Assembly: GCA_002269645.1 (NCBI GenBank)
Contig: NIVC01000032.1
Location: 186,001 to 250,000 of the forward strand
Reading direction: 5' to 3'
DNA from: Macrostomum lignano
Lineage: Eukaryota
Length of the DNA stretch: 64,000 nucleotides
The notes beneath the pieces are model-generated. The model searched no databases and was not told where the DNA came from. It worked only from the letters and a program-made list of their open reading frames with translations. A program made the position numbers and the translations under genes. Shown piece after piece: positions 51,730 through 64,000 of the stretch (positions are counted from its first letter, which is position 1; every line of letters begins with the position of its first letter).

Positions 51730-53113
51730 TTATTTCTGGTTCATCAAATCAACAGTTCCGTGCACAGCCGAGTGTCTGCTACTGAACTCGAGTTCCATAT
51801 TCAAGGGAGTGTGCTCAGACTTTGTAGTTGCGATGATAGACTCTGGCTGAGCAGTCCCAGCTTCGCCAGCAGGCTCAGCAGCAGCAGCCTCATCATCAAC
51901 GGTTGCCACCTGGACAGATCCAGCAGCTGCCAGGCGCCAGACTCGCGGATGCAGCAGTTTCAGCGAAACAGGTTTAGCACGATTAAATCCAGTCAGAGCG
52001 CTAACAGCTAATCCCGTTGCCATAGCAACCAACAGTGCCAACGGAGTGTAGTATAAATATGATAGCCAATGAACTGGCCGTTGCCTAGCAACCAAGGAAG
52101 CGGTAGTAACAGTCCAGTTAGAGTAGTTCTCGGTGCTAATAGTGTAGTTACTAGCATCTGTTCCATTATAGCAGCCCTCAGTGCCGAATACCCGATGATC
52201 CGGGGGTGGCGGGTCGATCAGGGCGGCAATGCTGAAGCCGAGAGTGGTTGCTAAGCTGCTTAGCAACCCAGTCAGAGCGCCGTAGCGATTGCACCAGGGC
52301 ACCAGGATGCCCAGACTGAACACAGCCAACAGTGGGCCGCCAACAATGCCGAACAGGCTGAGCACAATCTGCAGCACAGTGGCTGGCAGATTAGTTGCTA
52401 GGAAGCCAATGCCTACAGTGCTCAAGCCGAGTACAACAGCCAGCACTCTAGCAGCCCATCCGGCGGCTCGTTCGGTTAAATTCGGTTGCCAAGGCTTAAT
52501 TAGATCTTCCAGCACTACCGAGCTTAAGCTATTAATACCGGACGATACGGTGCTGAGGGAGGCTGAGAAGATGCAGGACACGAATAAACCGGTGACACCG
52601 GGTCGGGCTGAGAACAGGCGAACCACCAGAGCCGGTAGGAGCTGGTCGCGTTTCACAATATCCCCTGACAGCAGGGGGTCGCAGTCCGAGTAGAAAGCGT
52701 AGATAACTAAACCGGCCAGGCAGAGGAAGCAGAGGAACAGAAATGTGAGCGGCATCTGCAGGTAGATGGCTCGTCTGGCTACTGACTCGGTTGAGCAGCT
52801 GAGGTAGCGCTGCAGCTGGGCCTGAAGTTTTGTGCGGCGCGATTAATTGATTGATTTATTGTTGTTGTTGTTACTCCCGGCCGGAGATCCGGGGGGCGTG
52901 TCTGCGCCCCTACCGTGCGGAGGAAATCGAGCGCGCGGAGGCCGTCCGTCGAGAGGACGGCCAGCGGGGCGCTCGAAGACCCTCGCACGGGTCCAGGGTG
53001 GTGGCTGCACTTGGCCGGGCGAACCCGGACGGTCCCGCCGCGTGAAGGCGGCAGCCATGGGAAGCGCGCGAGCGCGCTCCGGGAGGCGGAACCTCCCGAC
53101 CATTGATTTATTG

Positions 53114-53150
<37 letters not shown>

Positions 53151-53178
53151 GATTGATTGATTGATTGATTGTTTGATG

Positions 53179-53217
<39 letters not shown>

Positions 53218-53368
53218 AAATTGCATTATTGATTGATTGCTTGATTGATTTATTGATTGATTGATTTATTTATTGATTGATTGATTTATTTATTGATTGA
53301 TTGATTGCTTTATTGATGGATTGATTGATTGCTTTATTAATTGATTGATTGATTAATTGATTGCTTTA

Positions 53369-53399
<31 letters not shown>

Positions 53400-54496
53400 A
53401 TTGATTGATTAATTGATTGCTTTATTGATTGATTGATTGTTTGTTTGTCTAATTGATTAACTGATTAATTAGTTGATTCCTTTTGTTAATTTAAAAAATC
53501 TATTTAGACTGGGTTGTTTAATTCAATAATTGATTAACTTATTGGTTTAATTGGTTTGTCGATAAGCTTATTGATGATTGGGTTGATTAATAAATCAATA
53601 GATTCATTCATTCATGCTGATGATATAAATAGATGATTGATATATTGATAGATACGTATCAGGGTAGTATTCAAGTCTAATGCTAATAATCATAGAGTCG
53701 AAAAAAACTTCTCACAAAATGCGCAACTACTAATTACCTGATTAGCCGAGTAGATAGTGAGACACATCCCGGTGCCGCCAAACAGCAAAGTCCAGAAGCT
53801 GTGTCTCACAGTTGGATCGGGATTAAAGTTGAAAAAGTTCAAACGGTCACCAGCAGCGGCCATCTCGAATACGCGTTGGAAACCGCCAACTTCCATAGTT
53901 GCAATGACAACTAAAGTACAAAAGGCTACAAATACAATGATCATTTGCACTAGATCGGTCCACATCACCGCTTTAATACCGCCGAGAGCTGTGTAGAAAG
54001 TACAGACGACTCCAGTGAGTACCATTGTGAGCGGGAATGACAGACCAGTGACCTGCTGAAATGTGATGGCCGGGGCGTACAGCACCACAGACTGATAGAA
54101 GAACATCTGGATGCAGAACACTATGGAAGCTGCGGTGCGAACTGCCGAACTGAATCTCAACTCCAGATAGTGCTGAGCAGTGAGCACCCGATTGCGATAC
54201 AGCACCGGCATGTACACCTCTGCCGTGATTGGGAAAGCTAGAAAATAGCTAAATCCCAATATGATGTACTGCACTCCTGACTGATAAACTTCCGCAGTGG
54301 TGCCAAGAATAGAAATCGCCGATATGAAGGAAGCCATGACTGAGAATGTCACAGGCATCAGGGTCATCTGTCTTGAGCCGAGAAACATGTCCTTAGATGA
54401 CCTCTGCCTGTGGTACGCAATACCAATACTAGCCGATATCAGCAGGACTAGAGCAAATATCAGATAGTCCAACCAGTGGAACACCACGGTACCCAT
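51730..54496 (-). CDS. SLC5 sodium:solute symporter (SMCT/SMVT-like, SLC5A6/8/12 group), 2 exons, 616 aa
   Basis: Exons 54496-53738 and 52821-51730 join in phase 0 (NQ|AQLQRYL). Motifs SFISAISILG, YLELRF, YTALGGIKAVMWTD, FDPTVRH-like NPDPTVRHSFW, QRYLS, DQLLP and SLSTVSSGINS. Confidence 0.92.
52865..53101 (-). mobile_element. 237-bp GC-rich 3' end of a LINE (or LINE-tailed element) with a (CAA)n tail
   Basis: A 15-bp TSD attgatttattgttg is at 52850-52864 and 53102-53116. The minus-strand translation LAVLSTDGLRALDFLRTVG...PPD resembles the C-termini of I/Ingi-group ORF2. It ends in aacaacaacaac. Confidence 0.6.
53102..53465 (+). repeat. (ATTG)n microsatellite in the SLC5 intron
   Basis: Direct repetition with variants. 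Confidence 0.92.
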
Positions 54497-54654
54497 GATG
54501 CTTCTTTGTGTTTTTAAGCTTTTTAGTTAAACAATGGGAATTAAACAGAAAAGCTGAAATATTTTACGAAAATAAAAATTGTAACTTCGGTTAGAACACA
54601 AGCAGAAATTAAAATTTTCTGATAAAGAAAACGCAACAAAACAGACTCATTTTA

Positions 54655-55500
54655 AAACTGATTCCCAAACCCAACAAACACAATGATTCCCAATTTCCCA
54701 AACCCAATAAACACAATGATTCCCAAACCCAACAAACACAATGATTCCCTAACCCAATAAACACAATGATTCCCAAACCCAACATACACAATGATTCCCA
54801 AACCCAACAAACACAATGATTCCCAAACCCAACAAACACAATGATTCCCAAACCCAACATACACAATGATTCCCAAACCCAACAAACACAATGATTCCCA
54901 AACCCAACAAACACAATGATTCCCAAACCCAACAAACACAATGATTCCCAAACCCAACAAACACAATGATTCCCAAACCCAATAAACACAATGATTCCCA
55001 AACCCAATAAACACAATGATTCCCAAACCCAATAAACACAATGATTCCCAAACCCAATAAACACAATGATTCCCAAACCCAATAAACACAATTATCCTAA
55101 ACCCAATAAACCCAATTATCCCAAACCCAATAAACACAATGATTCCCAAACCCAATAAACACAATGATTCCCAAATCCAATAAACACAATGATTCCCAAA
55201 TCCAATAAACACAATTATCCCAAACAAAACAAACACAATGATTCCCAAACCCAATAACACTACTAACTCTACAAAACACGATTATCCCTAAACATACAAA
55301 CACAATGGTTCCTAAACATACAAACACAATGGTCCCTAAACATACAAACACAATGGTCCCTAAGCATACAAACACAATGGTCCCTAATCATATAAACACA
55401 ATGATCGCCCAATCATATAAACACAATGATCCCCCCAATCATATAAACACAATGATCGCCCAATCATATAAACACAATGATCCCTAATCATATAAACACA
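54655..55500 (+). repeat. 25-bp minisatellite upstream of SLC5, diverging rightwards
   Basis: acacaatgattcccaaacccaataa units grading into acacaatggtccctaaacataca and atataaacacaatgatc variants. Confidence 0.92.
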
Positions 55501-55501
55501 A

Positions 55502-55801
55502 TGTCGCGTATCCAGTCCTGATTGGAATTACCTCTACATTCAGGAGTGAGTTAATAACCCCAGTCTGTGTAGGGATTTGGGGTTATGAGAATGAAATAAT
55601 GTAGAAATAAGTTGGCGGTGGGCCCAGCGTTGCATTCCCCTAGTTATCAAACGAAGCATTGGCTCAAGACAGCAATTAGTGAGTATTCCTGGGTGGGACA
55701 CGGGTCTGAGGGAATTAGGGACGGACTGGTCACGTCTCTAGATGCAACCTTAGGCTCAGTTACCTCGTGTTCTGTAGTTGCGATCTGGCTGTAGTGTTAC
55801 G
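55502..55801 (-). mobile_element. 300-bp insert in the minisatellite, possible solo LTR
   Basis: Unique sequence splits the array between two atataaacacaa units. The minus strand starts (C)GTAAC and ends CGACA, resembling TG...CA LTR ends. No clear 4-6 bp TSD. Confidence 0.3.
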
Positions 55802-55991
55802 ATATAAACACAAGGATCCTAAATCATATAAACACAATCATCCAAAAACTTAATAAGCATAATTTTTCCCAATTATATAAACACTATCATTCAAAAACCA
55901 TATAATTGTGTTTGCAAATATTGTGCCAAGTACAGAGATATATTATTATCCAAATAATGTAAACAAAAACATAGCATGACTTCTGAGCTGA

Positions 55992-56160
55992 GAGGGCTGC
56001 AGCCTAGTGGTTAGAGCGTTGGACTTGCGACTTGAAGGTCGGGGTTCGATTCCTGACTCCACTGAAACAATATGTGTCCTTGAGCAAGACATTTAACTCT
56101 ATATTGCTTCAGTTCACCCATCGGGGCAGGTGTGTAATCAATATCAATCAATCAATTAAC
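55992..56160 (+). mobile_element. tRNA-derived SINE with CORE-like domain (copy 2)
   Basis: A box CAGCCTAGTGG (56000-56010), B box GTTCGATTCC (56044-56053), then GTGTCCTTGAGCAAGACATTTAACTCT...TTCAGTTCACCCA and an (ATCA)n tail. Confidence 0.75.
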
Positions 56161-56509
56161 TATTCTGAATAACAAACTTTTACTAGTCCTTGACAATACG
56201 AATGTCGAGTACTAATTTGCAATTCCAATTATAAAAAACACTGCAGACAAAGTAACTAAACTGCCATACAAAAGTATCGATCACTCATAGAAACTTTAAA
56301 TCTTAACCTTAAAAGCTAGCTAGTTCAAGAAATTCCTTGCTGTAGAAAGAAACCGAAATTCCAAGGACAGAAAGAACTTTAGAACTTATTTATTATAACT
56401 GTTCACAGACTAAAATAAAGTGCAGACTGCAGCGCAGAAAAAGTAGAGATAAAGTAGCACATGTAACGAAGGAGAGAAAGTAAGATAAATAAGAGCCAAG
56501 TAAGACGAA

Positions 56510-57030
56510 TTAGAGAGACAGTGAGATAACTAAGAGACTGTGAAAAAATGAGAGAGAGACTGTGAGATAAATATACAAAAGACTGTGAGATAAACGAGAG
56601 AGACAGTGGGATAAATGCGGGAGACTGCGAGATAAAAAAGATAAATCGCCTCGCGTCAGGCATCTTCAGGCTCTTAAAATTTAGTAACGATTTATTTGTT
56701 TGTTTATTTACATTTAACAATCTATACAAAAACGTCTAATTTAGAAGTCTAAAATTAAAACGTCTAAAACGTCTAAGTCAGACAGAAACATGTCGCATAA
56801 CAAAAAATGATAGCGCTGACGTTCTTAATTTTGATTTTTATCAGACGCGCAAAAAGATAAAAAAGAGACACTGAGATAAATAGGAGAGAGTGAGTTAAAT
56901 GAGAGAGACAGTGAGAGAAATGAGGATGAGAGATTGTGAGATAAATGAGAGAAACAGTGAGACAAATACCAGAGACAGTGAGATAAATACGAGAGACATT
57001 GAGATAAATGAGAGACAGTGAGACAAATTA
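56510..57030 (+). repeat. Degenerate ~21-bp repeat (gagagacagtgagataaat)
   Basis: Two clusters of repeated gagacagtgagataa. Confidence 0.7.
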
Positions 57031-57599
57031 CCTTTCCTTTCGAATTTCAATTAATCTATCTCAGATTAACGTATATCGAATATAATATTGTTTAAGCTAA
57101 CTAATAGGTTTATATCAGGATTATACGCCACGCGACACGCTGGTTCGATCCAGCTCACTCTTGTGTTGTCCACTTCAGCCAGCTCTAGAAGACGAGAGGC
57201 AGTTCAGCATGAGCGCTGATAGAAGCTTATTGGCCAACCAATGAGAGAGAAGCTAGACTAAAAATAGAGAAAACTCTTTTCAGGACTCAGCTCTGCAGGC
57301 GATGAGAAAAAGTCCGAGAGCAGAGAGAGGGGCCTGATTTTGTCGTGGGACACCCTCGCTTTTATACTGGTGAAGTGTACATAGAGAGGGAAGGTAAGAA
57401 AAAACTAGGGAAGACTTTACATTGTACATTGGTTGTACGCAACAGTATGTGCAAGCCGAGGCTTCAAAAATAGATCTTGCATAGACTCAGAAAGATAAGA
57501 ATCGAGAAACAATAAAAATCCTAGCACTTCTACTTTTAAGTAGTAATTCAGTAATTCGACTTGATTCCTTCGAATAAATAACAAGCCTAAATTGAAATC

Positions 57600-60360
57600 T
57601 GGGCTTGGCTTTGCTTATGCATTTAATGTCATTGTCCCTTGTTCTTGTCCCTAAGGGCCAACCTGCAAGACATAGCAAAATACATACATACCTAACATAA
57701 AATAAAGGAAGTCTGCTATTGTTTCTATATTTGTATGCTTGTATGCCAACTAATGGCTCTTGTTAGCTAGTTAAAGTATACTAGGGTTAGGGTACATATA
57801 GTTGATTGCATTTACTTAGGTAATCTATTGCTCATTTTTGTTACCAATTTAATCATTATTAGATATCTAAGCTTTGGTCATAATATGATTTTTAGGTCAA
57901 TATTAATAGTGTTAGCATTGTCAAAATCTAAAGTAATCTTATAAGCATATTTTTAGCTGCCACATATTCATATACCTATTATTACTATACCCAATAGTTC
58001 TTATATAGTATTATATTATTTTTTTATTCAAGACAAGACTAGCAAAAAGTCTATGTTCACCTTTATATACTATAATTAACATTATCATACAACTAACAAG
58101 AGGCATTATGGCATGTTTTATCAACCCCATTGAGCAAGCAGACAAGCATATTGATACCTATTTAGGGCTAGTCATAAGCACAAGCATATAAATAGATATA
58201 TAATAGCCCTATTAAGTTTATCATTAGGTATATGACACTTGTATATAAGCATATTCAAGCCAAGATACTAATTTAGTCTAGATTTTTTTTGTCAATACTT
58301 GGGACTAAAATTAAGCTAAGGCTATTACTATAATAATGCTATATCAGACAACTAGGCTATGATAAGGGTTGGACAAGATCTTCAAGTTCTCTATCTTGAT
58401 TGTCAATATCTTAATACTTTTTTCTTAATCTTGATCTTGGTTTTGAGATCTTGAAAAAGTCAAGATTTGTGACTAAGTGACTATTGGTGACTATGACATT
58501 ATCATCATTATATTTGATATATATCAAATAACTAACAAGCTCAATAATAATTGTTTCTCTTTCTATTGTTACCATTATACACATTTAACAAATAATAATA
58601 TTACTATTAGTACTGTACTGATAGATAGAATAGTATAAATAGGTCTACTAGATACTATTTTGCTTAATCTTGAATCTTGAACAAATCTCAATTATCTTAC
58701 AAGCATAGTCGTAAAGACAGTCTCTGATTGTTTTTACCCTGGTTGCCTCTCTGGTAGCATTTCTCAGGTTGTGCACAATCCAATTGGCCTAGCTCTTGCT
58801 AGCCCAATGTTCTAAGGGTATGCCCTAGAGGGGCTATGCCTGATCTAAAAATAACCCTTTTCATTGCTATCCAATCAATTTGGCCCTCGGCCTTAGGTTA
58901 GGGGGGGGGGGGCTGTACCTGGAGTGAGTTGGAGATCTGGACTAGAGTGTGGCTAGAATGGGACTTGAACCCCCTGGTCACACCCGCCTTGCAGGAAAGA
59001 CAACTATTCATAAAGGTGTACAATTGAGCCCAGTTGATGCCAGCCCTAAGGTTGGCCTAATGTTAGGGTTCAGGTGCTCCTCCTTTCTGCCAATTCTTTG
59101 TGTTTTATCTGGGCTGGCATCCTAGTGTTTTTATCCCTTTGTTTTTACCTAGCCATTAGATTGCCATTACAATTCTTGGAGTTATGAGCTCTGCCCTATC
59201 TGCCTAGTCTATCTTGCCTGCCTTGGTCTATCTGCTGGCTCCTCTAGTTGTCTCCCTGCCTATTGTGTCTTGGCTCTCATCTCTGACAATGGATTGGAGT
59301 CCTAGGTTGGATGTTTATCCCAAATTGAGGAAACTGGCTAAGTTTGGTTTCTTTTTGCCCCTTGTGCCTCTCTTTGCCCCCTTGGCCTGGCCCCCAATAT
59401 TGAGCTAGTTAGGTGACACCCTTGTGGCTTACAGCCCTATAGAGGAGGTTCCTGGCCCTTTGATAGGAGACTCGCCCTCAGATACAAGCCTTCCAGACTC
59501 ACTCCAATATTAAGCCATTTCTATAGACTTCAGGATATTCCCTGTTCTTGGACTACTTTCAGTAGTAACCCAAACATTTTTTATTCCAATTTTTTTTGCG
59601 CACTCCTGGGATTTGTCTGCTGGGTGGTGGCCTGGGTGGACTTGGTCCTAGCACCATCCCTGATTCTACTAATATTGGGTTGGTGGTGTCTTAGTCCATA
59701 AGGCTTGGGTTAGTAGCTTTAATATGCCCCCTGGCCAGCCTGGCCTAGATGTCAGGGTCCAATCATGCGGGTATCTCGGGCTTTATGCCCCTGGTAGTGC
59801 CTCTCAATGGCAGAGCCTCTATCAGGGCTGATCTGCAGGTAGCTCCTGGCTTCCTACCCCCATTTAACAACAACAAAAGCAAGCATAATCCTAAAAATCT
59901 TAAAAATGTAATATCATTAACCTCTACTTTTTATTTTTAGACCAAAAAAATCTTTTTGCAACATGGAACTTTTATTCTTATTATTGTCACTAGCTTTTAT
60001 TGCCATTATTGCTTTTATTGCCATTAATTTGCCATTGTCATTATTATAGGCTTAACAAACCTATGAGTAAGTACTATATTTGTAATTTGTGCTCTGCTCT
60101 ATTGTTGTACTTTCTATCTCTAGTATAGGCCTGTATAGGCATAGCAATGGCCATAGAAATAGTGTAGCTATGTTATAGGCCTACAATTAGCTGTATTAGG
60201 GGCCTAGCATAAGCAATAATATGGGTCTAGATAGACTTAAAGCCCTATGTCATTTACCAATGCATTTATTATTTAAAAATACCACTTTTAGAGTGTGGAT
60301 GATATTTGATAGGATCTGGTAAATAGGGAATAATAGCTAGCAATTTCAGTCAATTGTTCA
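57600..60360 (-). mobile_element. Heavily decayed, CpG-free element, possibly a non-LTR retrotransposon remnant
   Basis: Only 7 CG in ~2.76 kb by my count. Stop-riddled minus-strand frames with a faint RKK.W...GYY...SP...RKW motif near 59520-59600, reminiscent of R4/Dong-type N-termini. The identity is weak. Confidence 0.35.
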
Positions 60361-61019
60361 TCAATTCAATTCCCACACGCCGTCGGGAGTGAGATTGAGA
60401 GTTTTTATATTAGTTAGTTTATTCCTTGCAATAGTTCAGATTTAATTGGTTAATTTTTTAAGGTATATTTTAAAAAGCCTGTCATGGCAATAAATGAATT
60501 TCAAGATTTAAGTAACGCAGAATGCAGACTGCAGACAGAAACAAATGCGTGCAGGTGCAGGCAGGGGCATTTCTAAGAAATCCAGACGACGCTTTGTACC
60601 TACGCGACTTTCTAAGAACTATACGCATTAAATCATCGGTATTGTTTTTATCATAGGTGTAGGATACAATGCGTACTTGGTTGAGTAAACCAACTTACTG
60701 TTTTGAAATAAGTGTACATAAATGCGTTTTTGCTTACTAAAAGCAAAAAAGCACGATAATTATTGAGTCCAATGTAGTAACGACTTTGGAATATGAAGTG
60801 TTTGGAAAGCAAGTACTGTGTCTCTCACTGGTAATTAGTAATAGTAATATTATTATGCTTTTAATTTAATACTAATCTAGTCTAGTTTTTAATTTAGTCT
60901 AGCTACAGTCTATACATGTAGCTAGTCTAGCCTATCCTATCCTAGTCTAGTCGTCTAGTCCAGCTGTCTATAGACTGGATTTGACTTGAAATTCCGACAG
61001 TAAAAGCCCTGCACTTCGG

Positions 61020-61140
61020 GAAAAAAGCTCGGCGGGAAAACCTCCAGCGGGAAAACCTCGCTGCGGGAAAACCTCGCTGCGGGAAAACCTCGCTGCGGGA
61101 AAACCTCGCTGCGGAAAAACCTCGCTGCGGGAAAACCTTG
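61020..61140 (+). repeat. 15-16-bp tandem repeat (gcgggaaaacctcgct), related to the MITE-like ends at 24285-24657
   Basis: aaaaaagctcggcgggaaaacctcc is similar to aaaaaagcattgcgggcaaatctc. Confidence 0.7.
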
Positions 61141-61908
61141 TCTCGTTTGATTGTAGTATTTTCGAACCTTAAACTTTATTTTGTTGGTCAGAGCAGCTAA
61201 ACGCGTCTTCTGACTGAATTGCGCGTTGTGCTAGTTCGATTCCTGGTCTGATCCTGTGCGCGGCATGATGGCATCAATATATCTCCATACTGATACATGC
61301 TTTACATGTAATTACTATTGGTTGGGCCTTGTCACCTCTAAGTGCACGAAAACTAGCTGTCATCCAACGATCAGCACATACGAGGGCCAAGCCAAATGTG
61401 GCACATAAAGTGATAACGCGGCCTGGCGATTATAAAAACATCATGGCCGATTACGCCCTGTAGTATACGTGATAGCTAGTGTGTTGTATGGTGCGAATTG
61501 CCTGCATGTATTTGCATGCTGGGCTAATTATGAGGTGCAACCAAAGAATTAACAAGTTCAAAGTCATTTCGGCCAGATACCTTCTATTTCGTCAATCACC
61601 TGAAGGGTCTATTTCGTCAATCACATCTTGACTAAGTCATTCATGAAGTATTCTTTATATTAACAAATTTTAACTTTTGAGGCGTTTACGGTAGCCATGC
61701 CACGTGAGAGAAAAGAAAAAAAAGAACTATAGTGCTCAGCAAAACGTTTTTGTTGAGCATTAATTACCACTCATTCCTCATTGTTGACGTCATGAAAAAA
61801 TCAATAAATAAATATGATTGAATATACTGAGGTCTAGCTGCATCTATACTGGTACAAGTGCACGAGCACTCGAAAAATGCATATTGAAACTACTGCTTGG
61901 GTGTTAAG

Positions 61909-61945
<37 letters not shown>

Positions 61946-62556
61946 CAAGATGAGTCATAAATGTCACGTGCACCAATATGGGAAGCGCGCTATAGGGAAA
62001 CAAAAAGAAGACAAATTTTGTATGCATGCAATGGCATTACGAAGGAACTTTGGCAGCAAATTTTGGCGTTAGCTAGAACGACCCATGCATGGATTGAAAG
62101 CAATTCCTTTTGCCCTGCTGCAGTCGCTCTTGACGGGGTGTCTGCATGCTTGTATCTGACTGTCTGCTTCAGCTTCAGTATCTGTGCCCCTGGTTCTCTC
62201 ATAGTTCTCCGAGGGATGGGGTGAAATGCAGACTATACGCACTTTAAGTGTACCGGATTCGTGCAGAGCATTATATGATGAATGAATGAAATGCATACAT
62301 GCACATACTCACCATTTTTGACATATCGCCGTTGCGCATGGATGAATGGAATTTTTTGTTTAAGCTCCATGAGAGAAAAAAACCATTTTCGCATTTTCTG
62401 CATCCTAAAATGTACTTTTAAATAATTATCTACCCTGGGAGATTATATATTAATTGGATTTTTACCTTTAAATGCAAAGCTGCATAGGGTCAATGAGATT
62501 TGTCCTCCTTCGTCAATCACAAGGGGTCATAAGATTCTTTAAGAAGGGGTGGGGTG

Positions 62557-63362
62557 ATTGACCTCCTTCGTCAAATTCATGAGGGTAATAAGATTCTTTG
62601 AGAAGGGGTCATTGACCTCCTTCGTCAAATTCATGAGGGTAATAAGATTCTTTGAGAAGGGGTCATTGACCTCCTTCGTCGAATTCATGAGGGTAATAAG
62701 ATTCTTTGAGAAGGGGTCATTGACCTCCTTCGTCGAATTCATAAGGGAAATAAGATTCTTTGAGAAGGGGTCATTGACCTCCTTCGTCGAATTCATAAGG
62801 GAAATAAGATTCTTTGAGAAGGGGTCATTGACCTCCTTCGTCAAATTCATAAGGGAAATAAGATTCTTTGAGAAGGGGTCATTGACCTCCTTCGTCGAAT
62901 TCATAAGGGAAATAAGATTCTTTGAGAAGGGGTCATTGACCTCCTTCGTCAAATTCATAAGGGTAATAAGAATCTTTGAGAAGGGGTCATTGACCTCCTT
63001 CGTCAAATTCATAAGGGTAATAAGATTCTTTGAGAAGGGGTCATTGACCTCCTTCGTCGAATTCATAAGGGTAATAAGAATCTTTGAGAAGGAGTCATTG
63101 ACCTCCTTCGTCAAATTCATAAGGGAAATAAGATTCTTTGAGAAGGGGTCATTGACCTCCTTCGTCAAATTCATAAGGGAAATAAGATTCTTTGAGAAGG
63201 GGTCATTGACCTCCTTCGTCAAATTCATAAGGGTAATAAGAATCTTTGAGAAGGGGTCATTGACCTCCTTCGTCAAATTCATAAGGGTAATAAGAATCTT
63301 TGAGAAGGGGTCATTGACCTCCTTCGTCAAATTCATAAGGGTAATAAGATTCTTTGAGAAGG
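62557..63362 (+). repeat. 54-bp minisatellite
   Basis: ttgacctccttcgtcaaattcataagggtaataagattctttgagaaggggtca, about 15 near-identical copies. Confidence 0.96.
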
Positions 63363-63848
63363 CCGGGCACCTATCTGTAATCTACAACTAACTAGAATAT
63401 ATGCATTATGCAAGAAGCATTTTAGCAAGCAGAGATGAGAGCGCGGTATTGACGAGACCAGTTGGAAAGCAAGAAACTAAATTTTGGAAGCAATTTTCCA
63501 CAGATCATAAATTATCTTTTTGGTCTCTTCCCCTTCTCAGGTCAGTTCCAACTTCCTTATTTATTAGTCTGGAGTTAGTTCGAAAGCCATGCGTCTAAAG
63601 CCGTCTATGCAATAAAATTGATTGCTTATCGAATAATAAGGCTCATTTTCAAAGTCATCTGCCATATTTCGTACCGATTTTCATCCACATAGCAACAACG
63701 ACAGCAAAAATGGGGGTTTAATTTTACTCTTGGCTTTTAAATGCAATTTCTGTCTGTATTTTCTTGTCACTGTAAATTCTAAAATCGAAGCAAGCAATAT
63801 TAGCTAACGCATAAAAAATCCATTAAAAATGACACAAAAATGGATGTC

Positions 63849-63913
63849 ATGAAAGCGATTTCACTTGTGATACTGCTGCTGCTGCAGTCATTCAGTGCCC
63901 TGTGTCAGGCACA
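63849..63913 (+). CDS. Possible first (signal-peptide) exon of a downstream gene
   Basis: MKAISLVILLLLQSFSALCQAQ is signal-peptide-like. It needs a weak donor (CA|gtgac) because TGA follows. Confidence 0.25.
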
Positions 63914-64000
63914 GTGACAGTGACTTATTGCGGCTGTTGGGGACCGTATAAAAAATAAAAAATACACTTGATTTTGACTAGCCTAACATGGTCCATAGCT

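Noticed and set aside
58710-58725. cgtaaagacagtctct resembles the start of a flatworm spliced-leader sequence as I recall it
   Set aside because: Only about 16 nt match, there is no following leader, donor or Sm site, and it lies in decayed repeat DNA.
61961-62296. Short ORFs of 70-87 aa on both strands
   Set aside because: No motifs, no splice support, and lengths expected by chance.

Overview
This is eukaryotic (animal, probably invertebrate) genomic DNA and it is very rich in tandem repeats. The style is compatible with a free-living flatworm such as Macrostomum, but the species cannot be fixed from the sequence. Host genes that can be reconstructed with GT-AG splice sites and consistent phases: (1) the first two exons of an SLC18B1-like MFS transporter (minus strand; the rest lies beyond a >15 kb intron); (2) an intronless Zn-finger/coiled-coil/NHL protein (minus); (3) an 11-exon anion-selective Cys-loop channel, GlyR/GluCl-like (plus, 28010-40148); (4) a 6-exon SLC16 monocarboxylate transporter (plus); (5) a 2-exon SLC5 sodium:solute symporter (minus); (6) a frameshifted PAN+LamG-like gene. 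The left 15 kb is an 17-20 bp G-rich satellite. It is interrupted by a 9.46 kb CMC/EnSpm-like DNA transposon with 11-bp TIRs and a TA target duplication. The transposon carries a transposase and a divergently transcribed 5-exon DUF4806-like gene with an Ala-rich helical VNTR. Also present: a 5'-truncated RNase H-type LINE with a 14-bp TSD, a small LINE 3' end with a 15-bp TSD, CORE-like tRNA SINEs, MITE pieces and about 20 distinct mini/microsatellites, most filling individual introns. The most notable oddities are the satellite-embedded two-gene transposon, an inverted pair of intronic satellites around an in-frame exon block of the channel, a ~1.2 kb intronic array of the ACUAAC branch-point/STAR motif, sharply bounded CpG-free hypermutated islands, and a gene whose four frameshifts are all +1. 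Most of the long ORFs in the supplied track are repeat artefacts.
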